A DNA stretch of 64,000 nucleotides from an uncultured Acidobacteriota bacterium (GTDB lineage: Bacteria; Acidobacteriota; UBA6911; RPQK01; JAPXNP01), in assembly GCA_963777605.1 (NCBI GenBank), contig CAVZRV010000010.1, positions 448,001 to 512,000 on the forward strand. The letters are read 5' to 3'. Positions 10,599 to 19,243 of the stretch are shown in pieces; position 1 is the first letter of the stretch, and the number at the start of each line of letters is the position of its first letter. A program made the translations under genes and the position numbers. The notes under the pieces were generated by a model, which worked only from the letters and a program-made list of their open reading frames with translations, was not told the origin of the DNA and did no database searches.

Positions 10599-10762
10599 CC
10601 GTCCCGTTGGGATGGGAACCTCCCGGAACCAGGGGATCAGCGGATGGCTCCATCCATCAGCGAAACCACCTGTACGGCGGGCCGGTGCACGACGATGACA
10701 CCCTGGCCGCCCTTTCAGCGCTGAGAGCCGGCCACGACCCGGCGACTGAATACGGCCCCGAT

Positions 10763-11206
10763 TCAGTCCTCTTCGAGTTGGCGAGAGAGGCGGCTGAGCA
10801 TCTCGTTTCCTCGAAAGTGCTCCAATCCGTTCTTCAGGGTGCGTCGGGCCCGGGCTCGTTCGCCGGTCTCCAGAAGCGCCCGGGCCGCCCAGTAGTAGGA
10901 CTCGGGGAACGGAGCCCCTCTCTCGATCGCGTTCGTCAGAAAAGTGATAGCTCCCGACATCCTTCCCTGAAAGAACTCGCACATCCCGACCATGTAGAGA
11001 AGGAGCGGATGATCCGGCCTGCCTTCAAGTATCGTTCGAAACCCGGTCTCCGCTCTTTCGAAATCTCCCTCAGTGGCCAGCACTACCGCCTGTTCGAAAC
11101 GCGAATCCTCCCTCACCGCCTGGAGACCGCCATCGGGCTGGGTCGATCCAAGCGCGGTCGAAAGCAACACGATCGGGCTAAGAAAAGCGATCCACGACCT
11201 CGACAT
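10763..11206 (-). CDS. Tetratricopeptide-repeat protein with signal peptide
   Basis: Hydrophobic N-terminus and helical repeats (GDFERAETGF..., LLYMVGMC..G..SGAITFL..A, YYWAARALLETGERARA). Confidence 0.75.
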   Translation of the reverse strand: MSRSWIAFLSPIVLLSTALGSTQPDGGLQAVREDSRFEQAVVLATEGDFERAETGFRTILEGRPDHPLLLYMVGMCEFFQGRMSGAITFLTNAIERGAPFPESYYWAARALLETGERARARRTLKNGLEHFRGNEMLSRLSRQLEED

Positions 11207-12179
11207 TACGCATCACTCCATCTCCCGGGTCGAGCCGGTAAATCCTTCCCGCCTCGGAGTAGATCCTCTTGAGATACCCAAGAGAGATCACCCGGCCGAA
11301 TCTCGGGGAAAACCCCGCGCTGGTAATCCAGCCAATCTCCTTGCCGTCGGAGTTGAACACAGGAGTCTCCGGTTCGGGAACGGCGCTTCCCTCCAGCTGA
11401 AGCTTTGAGAGCAGGCGAGCCACACCGCCAATATGAGTTGCACGGGCGACCAGTTCCTGTCCCGGGTAACAGCCCTTGGTGAGACTGTAAGCCGACTCCA
11501 GCCGTGCCTCCAACGGGTTGTTACGCTGGTTGAAGTCTCTTCCGAAAAGAGGGACCCCCGCTTCGAGCCGAAGCAGATCGAATACTGCGGGGCTCAACTC
11601 GCACAGGCCGGCCGAAGCCCCGGCATCGACAACCGACGAAAGCCATTCATCCAACTTCGCCGTGGAAAGCAAAACCTCGTACCCGGGTACGCCGAGAGCG
11701 TCTTTGCGAACCACCAGAACCGGGGTCGATTTCCACTCGACCGTCAACAGGCTCAGAGGTTCCTCGGGAAGAGGCCGACCGAGCAAGCTTTCCAGCAGAG
11801 CGCCTGCCTCGGGACCATCCAACCCGACCTGCGACATGCCGGCGGATCGATCCTCGACCTCGACTTCGTCCATGATGATATGCGATTCGAGGGCAGCCTT
11901 GAGGTCTTCCATCACCTCCAGTTCCACATCAATCAACACTTCCCCGGGGAGTCGATAGTAGTAGAAATCGGCCACGATCTTCCCGGTGGCCGTCAAAAGG
12001 GTCCCGTATCGACCGGTTTGGTCCGCCAGGGACTGAACCTCGTTGCTCAGCATGGCGTGGAGGAAGGAGACGCTGTCCGGCCCCGTGACCGCCAATTGCC
12101 TCCTGGAGTCGAGCAACCGCCAGACCGCTCCCTCCCGTACTGCTCGATATTCCTTTTCGCGGAGTGGATCCATCGGCAT
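11178..12179 (-). CDS. ygfZ: Folate-binding YgfZ/GcvT-family protein
   Basis: VTGPDSVSFLHAMLSNEV, LRLEAG and the YgfZ signature KGCYPGQE. Confidence 0.88.
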   Translation of the reverse strand: MPMDPLREKEYRAVREGAVWRLLDSRRQLAVTGPDSVSFLHAMLSNEVQSLADQTGRYGTLLTATGKIVADFYYYRLPGEVLIDVELEVMEDLKAALESHIIMDEVEVEDRSAGMSQVGLDGPEAGALLESLLGRPLPEEPLSLLTVEWKSTPVLVVRKDALGVPGYEVLLSTAKLDEWLSSVVDAGASAGLCELSPAVFDLLRLEAGVPLFGRDFNQRNNPLEARLESAYSLTKGCYPGQELVARATHIGGVARLLSKLQLEGSAVPEPETPVFNSDGKEIGWITSAGFSPRFGRVISLGYLKRIYSEAGRIYRLDPGDGVMRNVEVVDRFS

Positions 12180-12892
12180 CAGGTCAGCGTTTCACCCGGT
12201 TTCATGGCGAGGACCTCGGTGCCCAGGTCGGCGGTCAGCCGCTTCAGTTCCTCGGGAGTGCCGGTCAGCGGAGGGAAAGTGCCGTAATGCATGGGCACGA
12301 CCTGCCGCGCATTCATCAGCCGGCATGCGTAGGCGGCCTCTCGAGGATCCATGGTGTAGAGATCTCCGATGGGGAGGAACAGCAGGTCGGGTTGATACAG
12401 CTCGGCGACGATCTTCATGTCCCCGAATACGCACGTATCGCCGGCATGGTAGATCTTGAAACCGTTCTCGAACTCGACCACGAAGCCGGCCGGCTCTCCA
12501 GCATAAATGATCTTCCCGTCTTCTTCGATCACGGCGCTGCTATGGTGCGCGTTCACCATGGTGGCTTTGATGTCGTTCAGGAGCACCGAGCCCCCCTTGT
12601 TCATTCCCACGACGTCCTCGACGCCCTTGCCGCCGAGATAGAGGGCGATCTCGTAGATGCAGGCAACCTTGGGTTTGAATGTCTTCGCGATACTCACGGC
12701 ATCCCCCATGTGGTCACCATGACCGTGAGTGATCAACATTGTGTCAACACCGGGAAGGTTCTTGTCCGCTTCCGGGCAGGCCGGGTTACCCTGGACCCAC
12801 GGATCGATGAGAAGCTTCTTTCCTGCAGGCGTCGTAAAGAGGAAGGTGGAATGACCCAGATATTTGATGGAAACACCACGGTTGAGTGCCAT
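12179..12892 (-). CDS. Metal-dependent hydrolase, MBL fold (UPF0173-like)
   Basis: LGHSTF..LLIDPW..THGHGDH..HAGDT..PMHYGTF. Confidence 0.9.
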   Translation of the reverse strand: MALNRGVSIKYLGHSTFLFTTPAGKKLLIDPWVQGNPACPEADKNLPGVDTMLITHGHGDHMGDAVSIAKTFKPKVACIYEIALYLGGKGVEDVVGMNKGGSVLLNDIKATMVNAHHSSAVIEEDGKIIYAGEPAGFVVEFENGFKIYHAGDTCVFGDMKIVAELYQPDLLFLPIGDLYTMDPREAAYACRLMNARQVVPMHYGTFPPLTGTPEELKRLTADLGTEVLAMKPGETLT

Positions 12893-13018
12893 GTGCCGCT
12901 CCTTTCTTTTTGAAGTACTTCAGGCTATGGTATCAGCTTTCGATAACGGTTCGAGGCTCCCAATCGGTGTGGGCAAGGAGTGGGGCCGCGAATTGAGATT
13001 AGGGGTCATGTGATTGTC

Positions 13019-13384
13019 ATGGACAAGATTCAAGTTGTGGGGATCCGCTGCCCGGCGCGCATCGGGGTCCCCGATAACGAACGCCAGTTTCCCCAGGAAC
13101 TCCTCGTTGACGTCGATTGCGAATTTGAATTCTCGCCGGCTACCAGAACCGACGATTTTCGTCGGACAATCGACTACGAGACGATCGTGAAGGTCGTCCG
13201 GGCGACCGCCGCTCGCCACAGTTGGTCTCTCCTCGAGACGCTCACCAACGCACTGTGTGATTCCGTCCTGGAGCTTCCAGAGGTTCGCTGCGCCGAAATT
13301 CGGGTTAAGAAGTTTCCGGTCAACCTGCGCGAGAAGATCGACTACGTCGTCGCCACGGTCCGTCGGAAGAATCCGCGCAGATAG
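13019..13384 (+). CDS. folB: Dihydroneopterin aldolase
   Basis: MDKI..IGV...ER...Q...VD..TDD...TIDY..LLETL..RVKK. Confidence 0.88.
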   Translation: MDKIQVVGIRCPARIGVPDNERQFPQELLVDVDCEFEFSPATRTDDFRRTIDYETIVKVVRATAARHSWSLLETLTNALCDSVLELPEVRCAEIRVKKFPVNLREKIDYVVATVRRKNPRR

Positions 13385-13457
13385 AACGCCCCCGATCAGT
13401 CCCGAGTTCAGGTTTCGCGGGGACTCCGGCTGCGATTCTGTGCGGAGGTGCTCTCGA

Positions 13458-13808
13458 TTAATCAACCGAAAGCGCACCGTTCAGGATCTCCACCAGTTCG
13501 GCGGTAAACCGCGAGCGGGGCAAGACCTCATCGGCACCTGCCGCACGGGCCTGGCGGAAGCGTTCTTTCTGGACGTGGGGGCCGAAAGCCAGGATCTTCA
13601 GGTTGGGCAGAGCGTTACGGGCCGCTTGAATCGCCTCGACCGGTTCCGGACTGTCGGCATTCAGGTCAACGATCATCAGGTCGACCGAATCTGCCCTGGA
13701 CAGGACGTCACTCACGGACGATGCAAATTGGACCTGTCGTCCTGAAGCGGCCGCCGTCGTGCGGATCCGAACCTGGAAGAAGAGATCAGGCACCAGTGCA
13801 ACAATCAT
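13458..13808 (-). CDS. Stand-alone atypical receiver (CheY-like) domain protein
   Basis: DLMIVDL..ILAFGPH..ARAAGADEVLPRS pattern of a REC fold with non-canonical residues. Confidence 0.75.
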   Translation of the reverse strand: MIVALVPDLFFQVRIRTTAAASGRQVQFASSVSDVLSRADSVDLMIVDLNADSPEPVEAIQAARNALPNLKILAFGPHVQKERFRQARAAGADEVLPRSRFTAELVEILNGALSVD

Positions 13809-13846
13809 GCTCTAAGTTCCCTGGATGATCCGCCCCAGATGGGACA

Positions 13847-14173
13847 CTAGACGGTAAATGAAATGCCGCAACTGCAGGTCTTCCTGGCGTTGGGGTTCTT
13901 AAAGGAAAAGCCCTGCTGCATGAAGTTTCCTTCCCAGTCCAGGGTGGTTCCTTTTAAGTAAAGGAGGCTCTTGAAATCGACGAAGACTCGAGCCCCACTG
14001 ACTTCAAAGACTTTGTCACCGGGACGATGGGCCGGTTCGAATCGAATCACGTAGTTCAAACCGGAGCACCCGCCACCTTTCACCCCCAGGCGCAGCCCGC
14101 CCTCGGGGATGCCTTCCTTGTCCAAAGCTTCCCGTATCCGCCCAGCAGCAGCCTCTGTAATCTGAATTGCCAT
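13847..14173 (-). CDS. iscA: A-type Fe-S carrier (HesB/IscA family)
   Basis: GGGCSG and NPNA..TCSCGISF. Confidence 0.93.
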   Translation of the reverse strand: MAIQITEAAAGRIREALDKEGIPEGGLRLGVKGGGCSGLNYVIRFEPAHRPGDKVFEVSGARVFVDFKSLLYLKGTTLDWEGNFMQQGFSFKNPNARKTCSCGISFTV

Positions 14174-14286
14174 GAATCGTTTACCTTGTACCCTATTATA
14201 CCGACTCTGCAGTTCAGGTCCGAAATCTCCACCTTTCCAGCCGGTCTCCGGTTCACCTGCCTCAGCGAGTCCGCTAGAGTATGCTC

Positions 14287-14877
14287 ATGCAGAAGGTCGC
14301 TGCACTCGTTCTCGGAGCCGGATTCTCTTCCCGGATGGGATCCCCCAAGGCGCTTCTCAAGCTGGGGGAGTCTACCTTCCTGGGACGACTGATTGAGCTT
14401 TACGATCGGCTGGAGGTTCCGTTCCGGGTGATCCTCGGTGCCGACTGGGAAATCATTTCGAAGGCGCAGGGCCTCTCGCGAGATCTTTTTCTGGTCAACC
14501 CGGAACCGGAGCGCGGCCCCCTATCCAGCATTCAGCTCGGCCTCGAGTACCTGAAGCCCTCGACTACAGCAGTGATCCCGCACCCAGTTGACCACCCGCT
14601 CGTCACCGAGGCTACCGTACGCACAATCCTTGCGAAGCACGCGACCAGCCCGGAGCAAATCCTGGTTCCGCACTACCAAGGGACGCCGGGCCATCCCACG
14701 CTCTTCCCGGCAACGCTCTTTCCCGACCTGTGGGACGCGCCTCTCGACCAGGGTGCCCGTTGGGTTGTCAGCAGGAGGAGAAATCTGATTCTGCCGCTGC
14801 CGGTTGATGACCCAGGGGTCACCATCAACATCGATACCCCTGAAGACTACCTGCGCTGGAGTGAAGGGCAATGCTAG
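14287..14877 (+). CDS. MobA-like NTP transferase (MocA/YgfJ type)
   Basis: LGAGFSSRMGSPKALL, PVDHP, GHPTLF, NIDTPEDY. Confidence 0.85.
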   Translation: MQKVAALVLGAGFSSRMGSPKALLKLGESTFLGRLIELYDRLEVPFRVILGADWEIISKAQGLSRDLFLVNPEPERGPLSSIQLGLEYLKPSTTAVIPHPVDHPLVTEATVRTILAKHATSPEQILVPHYQGTPGHPTLFPATLFPDLWDAPLDQGARWVVSRRRNLILPLPVDDPGVTINIDTPEDYLRWSEGQC

Positions 14878-14928
14878 AATTCGAGAGTCTGATTTGAACT
14901 CCGAACCTGTACTTCGGACGAGAGCCTT

Positions 14929-15342
14929 ATGAAAATTACAGCCCGCGCAGAATACGCCAGTCTGGCTATTCTCGAACTCGCCCTCAGTTACAATTCAGGT
15001 CATATCCAGGCCAAGGAGATCGCAGAGCGGAAGCAGATACCCCCGAAGTTTCTGGAGCAGATACTGATTCAGTTGCGCAACGCAGGCCTTATTCAGAGTC
15101 TCCGGGGTGCTTCTGGAGGCTACCTGCTGGCTCGTTCCCCGGAGCAGATCACGCTTCGAGAGGTCGTCGAAGCCGTCGAGGGCGAATTGAATATCGTCGA
15201 TGCCAAGCTCGAAGACAAAACCCTTGTGAAGGTATGGGGAGAAATCCAGGAGAACTTCCTCAGGAGCCTGGAGACGATCACGATCCAGAAACTGGTCACG
15301 CGCAAGCTGAAGGACCGCGGAGTCGTCGATTTTCAGATCTGA
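14929..15342 (+). CDS. Rrf2-family transcriptional regulator, Cys-less (CymR-like)
   Basis: IP.KFLEQIL..LR.AGLI.S.RGASGGY.LAR.PE.ITL. No cysteines. Confidence 0.92.
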   Translation: MKITARAEYASLAILELALSYNSGHIQAKEIAERKQIPPKFLEQILIQLRNAGLIQSLRGASGGYLLARSPEQITLREVVEAVEGELNIVDAKLEDKTLVKVWGEIQENFLRSLETITIQKLVTRKLKDRGVVDFQI

Positions 15343-15364
15343 GCCCTTCCGAGACCCCCGGATC

Positions 15365-16195
15365 TCAGATGAAATCCACCTCGACCCGCCGGGGCAGGAG
15401 GCCCGCCTCGACCCCCCGGTCGAGAAACAGCTGAACGGCTTCCCTGCCATCAGGCCCATAGTCGAGGGTGCGTCCGTTCACGTACATCGAAACGAAGCGG
15501 TCGCCCTTCACCTCGTCCAGGCCACGGCCAAACTCGAGAGCGTAGTTCAGCGCATCTTCCCGGTGCTCGAGGCCATACCGGATGCTCTGCTCGACGAGTG
15601 AAGTCACCTCCCGGAGGGCATCCTCACCCAGGTCCCGCCGAATTGCGTTTCCACCCAGGGGCAGCGGCAGCCCGGTGGTTTCCAGCCACCACTCACCCAG
15701 ATCGACAACCTTCTGCAGTCCCTCGTCCGAATAGGAGAGCTGGCCCTCGTGAATGAGTAACCCCGCATCAACCTGGCCCTCGACGACCGCCGCATCGATC
15801 CGGTCGAAGGACATAACAACGGGAACAAAATCGGGCTCGAGCAGTTTCATCGCAAGAAAAGCCGAGGTCTTGAGTCCGGGGATGGCGATTCTCCGGCCCC
15901 GCAGATCCCCGATCGTCATCCCTCTCCTGGCCACGAGAATCGGGCCGTAGCCCTCGCCCATACTGGCCCCGCAGTTCGTCAAGGCATAAGCTTCTGAGAG
16001 ATAGGCGTACGCATGAATGCTCAGTGCAGTCACCTCGTAACGCCCCTCCTCGGCCGCCTTGTTCAGGGTTTCGATATCATCGAGCTGGTGGACGAAGTCG
16101 TAGTCACCGGTATTGATTCGGCCCGTCGCCAGGGCAAAAAACATGAAGGCGTCGTCACTGTCGGGGCTGTGGGCGAGTTGGATTGTCTTTTTCAT
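15365..16195 (-). CDS. mqnD: 1,4-dihydroxy-6-naphthoate synthase (futalosine menaquinone pathway)
   Basis: HSPDSDDAFMF, DIETLN, GYGP, LIHEGQ, DLGEWW..LPLPLG, MYVN. Confidence 0.9.
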   Translation of the reverse strand: MKKTIQLAHSPDSDDAFMFFALATGRINTGDYDFVHQLDDIETLNKAAEEGRYEVTALSIHAYAYLSEAYALTNCGASMGEGYGPILVARRGMTIGDLRGRRIAIPGLKTSAFLAMKLLEPDFVPVVMSFDRIDAAVVEGQVDAGLLIHEGQLSYSDEGLQKVVDLGEWWLETTGLPLPLGGNAIRRDLGEDALREVTSLVEQSIRYGLEHREDALNYALEFGRGLDEVKGDRFVSMYVNGRTLDYGPDGREAVQLFLDRGVEAGLLPRRVEVDFI

Positions 16196-16230
16196 GATCG
16201 CGGAATTGTGCCAAATTAAAGCGAACCCGG

Positions 16231-16875
16231 CTAAAGTTCACCGTTCAGAAACGGGTTCGTCAGGCGCTCCCGTCCTATTGTTGTCGCGGGACCATGCCCT
16301 GGATGGAGGACTTTATCCTCTCCAAGGGGAAGCACTTTCTCACGGATCGTCTTCAGGAGCAACTGGGGAGCTCCGCCGGGAAGATCAGTCCGGCCTACCG
16401 ACCCCGCAAAAATGAGGTCTCCGCAGAACAGGTGCTGCCCCACATCAAAGGTGACGCTCCCTGGTGAGTGACCGGGAGTGTGATGTACCAGCACTTCGAG
16501 CTGTCCAACCTTGAGCACCTGTCCTTCCTCGAGATAACGGTCAACCCGGGGTGCCGCCTCATAGCTGAATCCAAACCATTCTCCCTGTTTCTTCAGAGCC
16601 GAATAGAGAGGTTCATCCTCAGGATGCAGGAAAATGGGAGCATCCCACGTTTCCTTCACCCGGCCGATACCGCAGATATGATCCATGTGGCCGTGAGTGA
16701 TCAGGATCTGTTCGAGCGTAAGGCTCCTTTCCGCGATCAGGGCAAGCATTTCCTCGACTTCGTCACCGGGATCGATATAGGCAGCGGCACTCGTGATCGG
16801 GCAAGTCAGCAGGTAGCCGTTCTTCATCATGGGCGCAACGGCACGCTGTTCGATGACCGGAGCAGGAGGATTCAT
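16231..16875 (-). CDS. MBL-fold hydrolase (glyoxalase II / YcbL-like)
   Basis: THGHMDH, TPGHSPG, GDLIFAGSVGRTDLPGG, PGHG, E...NPFL. Confidence 0.9.
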   Translation of the reverse strand: MNPPAPVIEQRAVAPMMKNGYLLTCPITSAAAYIDPGDEVEEMLALIAERSLTLEQILITHGHMDHICGIGRVKETWDAPIFLHPEDEPLYSALKKQGEWFGFSYEAAPRVDRYLEEGQVLKVGQLEVLVHHTPGHSPGSVTFDVGQHLFCGDLIFAGSVGRTDLPGGAPQLLLKTIREKVLPLGEDKVLHPGHGPATTIGRERLTNPFLNGEL

Positions 16876-17007
16876 TCCGACAATTCTTCCAATTGAGATG
16901 GTTCGAGTTCAAGTCAGGCCCCTTCCGACCGGTTTTCCCTTGGCCGGGAGAGCCGGGCTGTGCTAACACTGCAGGATGATATTCGAACGAGACAGGGAGC
17001 AAACCAC

Positions 17008-19137
17008 ATGACGATACAGAATGAACGTTTTGACCGCTTTCGACTATTCCGAGTCCTCTTGCCGATTGCCCTGCTTACTGCGCCCATGCTTTCAGCGCAG
17101 TCTCAGCCCGATCCCGAAATAGGCAAGCTACTCGATGCCGACCATTTTCACTGGACACCTCCCTCCTCCGAGACCCTGACTCGGGAGTGGTGGGAACACC
17201 GCCGGACTGATCTGCGGGAGAAACTCCTGGTCACTGCCGGCCTGGTGCCGGAACCGGTTCGCAGTCCGCTCAATGCCAAGGTGTTCGGAGAGGTTTCCGG
17301 CGACGGTTTCACCGTTTCCAAGGTATATTTCGAGAGTCTTCCCGGCTTCCTTGTCACCGGTAACCTCTACAGGCCCACTCTCGGGAAGGGTCCCTACCCG
17401 GCCATCCTGACTCCCCACGGCCACTGGCAATACGGCAGGCTCCAGAACACCGCCGACGGTTCCATTCCAGCCCGCTGCATCGACTTCGCCCGCCAGGGCT
17501 ACGTCGTCTTCTCGTACGACATGATCGGCTACAACGACTCTTTTCAGTTGCCTCACGACAACAACAAGAGCCGTGCCCAACTCGACGCCGACCAACCGCT
17601 CCCGTACGAGCCGCGGTTGTTTCGGGGCGCATTCGATTTTGCCGTGCCCCGCCTCTACGGTCTCAGCCTGGGGGGACTCCAGCTCTGGGACAGCATTCGC
17701 GCACTCGACTTCGTCACCTCGCTGGATGACGTCGATCCCGAGCGGATTGGTGTCACCGGGGCTTCCGGTGGAGCAACCCAGACGATTCTCGTCATGGTGG
17801 CCGACGACCGGGTCAAGGTCGCTGCTCCCGTCAACATCATCGGCATGGAGAAACATCCCGGGTGTGGCTGCGAGAATATCTCCAACCTCTGGGTCGGAAC
17901 CTCGACGCTGGAAATGGCGGCCGTCTTCGCGCCCAAACCGCTCCTGATGGTCTCGGCAACCCAGGATCCCTGGACTAATTCGACTCCGACCCGCGAATAC
18001 CCGACGATGGAGCGGTACTACCGCCTTTACGGGGCGGAATCAAAGCTCGCCAACCACAACGTCAATGCCGGGCACAATTTCAACCCCGAGTCCAGGGCTG
18101 CCGTATATGACTGGTTTCGAAAAGTCCTGAATCCACCCGGTCCCGCGGTCACCAGTCCCCCTCCGGTAGCCACCGAAATGGCTTCCCTCGGCGACCTGCG
18201 GGTCTTTCCCGACCACCTGCTGCCGGACTCCGCCAAGTCAAGCGACCAGATTCTTGCCGACTGGGAGGCTGCATCCGAGAAGTCACTGTCCGAGACCTGG
18301 CCAACCTCCGGCGGCGGTCTTGCTGATTTCTCCAAACGGTTCTCCAGTCACCTCGCCCGACTCCTTTCCGTCGATCGTCCGGTCGATGGTGCGCTGGATT
18401 ATTCCACCGAACTGGAAGAGGCCCGCGGCGATATCATTTACCGGAGAGAGAGGATCACCCAATCTGGAGGCTCCAACCCGATCCGTCTCGAATCAGTGCA
18501 CACATCTTCCGAACCTTCCGGCGCTGTTCTGCTGGTCTATCCCGAGAGCTTCGGTCCCCTCGCCTCGGCCGGGGAGATCAAGAGTGCGCTCCCTCTGATT
18601 CCAACGCTCGTAGAACGGGGCCTGGAGGTCTACCACGCCAGGGGATTCGCCTCCGATGAACGCTCCATTCCCGACCGGGACTGGCAGGCGATGAGCTGGC
18701 CCGATGCCTACAATCGTGACAATCACCTCCGGTCGGTACAGGAAATCGTCACCGCACTGGCCAGCATCCGCGACATCTACCCGGACAAGCCGGTCACGGT
18801 CATCGGTCTGGAGAGCAAAGGAATTGAAGCGGCTTTTGCTGCGGCTGTTTCGGGTCTTGCGGACCGGGTAATCGTCGACCTTGACGGTGAAGACCCGGAG
18901 GTCTCGCTTACCCTCGACCGCCTGTTCCCGGTGGCCGGCCTCAAGCGCATCGGTGACTTCCGTACGGCGGTCCTGCTCCTGTGCAACCACAAGGTGACCC
19001 TGCTGAACCCGGCGAAATCGTTCCCGTCCGACAGCTACCAGAAACGTGCCCTGCAAGCCGGCAAGGGAAACAACCTGACCATCCATCCCGAGATGGCGAC
19101 TACCGACGCCAACTTCATCCGCGTTTTGACGGATTAG
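17008..19137 (+). CDS. Exported alpha/beta-hydrolase (acetylxylan esterase-like) with a second, degenerate domain
   Basis: Signal peptide, FESLPGFLVTGNLYRP, PHGHW, nucleophile elbow GASGG. AGGGAG RBS. Confidence 0.8.
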   Translation: MTIQNERFDRFRLFRVLLPIALLTAPMLSAQSQPDPEIGKLLDADHFHWTPPSSETLTREWWEHRRTDLREKLLVTAGLVPEPVRSPLNAKVFGEVSGDGFTVSKVYFESLPGFLVTGNLYRPTLGKGPYPAILTPHGHWQYGRLQNTADGSIPARCIDFARQGYVVFSYDMIGYNDSFQLPHDNNKSRAQLDADQPLPYEPRLFRGAFDFAVPRLYGLSLGGLQLWDSIRALDFVTSLDDVDPERIGVTGASGGATQTILVMVADDRVKVAAPVNIIGMEKHPGCGCENISNLWVGTSTLEMAAVFAPKPLLMVSATQDPWTNSTPTREYPTMERYYRLYGAESKLANHNVNAGHNFNPESRAAVYDWFRKVLNPPGPAVTSPPPVATEMASLGDLRVFPDHLLPDSAKSSDQILADWEAASEKSLSETWPTSGGGLADFSKRFSSHLARLLSVDRPVDGALDYSTELEEARGDIIYRRERITQSGGSNPIRLESVHTSSEPSGAVLLVYPESFGPLASAGEIKSALPLIPTLVERGLEVYHARGFASDERSIPDRDWQAMSWPDAYNRDNHLRSVQEIVTALASIRDIYPDKPVTVIGLESKGIEAAFAAAVSGLADRVIVDLDGEDPEVSLTLDRLFPVAGLKRIGDFRTAVLLLCNHKVTLLNPAKSFPSDSYQKRALQAGKGNNLTIHPEMATTDANFIRVLTD

Positions 19138-19141
19138 GCAC

Positions 19142-19167
19142 GGGCCGGAACCCGGCCCCTCGTTTTT
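19142..19167 (+). terminator. Intrinsic terminator after the esterase gene
   Basis: GGGCCGG-AAC-CCGGCCC stem followed by CTCGTTTTT. Confidence 0.55.
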
Positions 19168-19176
19168 CATCCAGAC

Positions 19177-19214
19177 AAAAAAGGCATCCCGACCCTGCGC
19201 AGGGCCGGGATGCC
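19177..19214 (-). terminator. Intrinsic terminator after the CHRD gene
   Basis: GGCATCCCG-A-CCCTG-CG-CAGGG-C-CGGGATGCC hairpin preceded by A6, which is a U-tail on the minus strand. Confidence 0.8.
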
Positions 19215-19243
19215 TCGGCTATCACTCCAGTCTGATATGCGCC

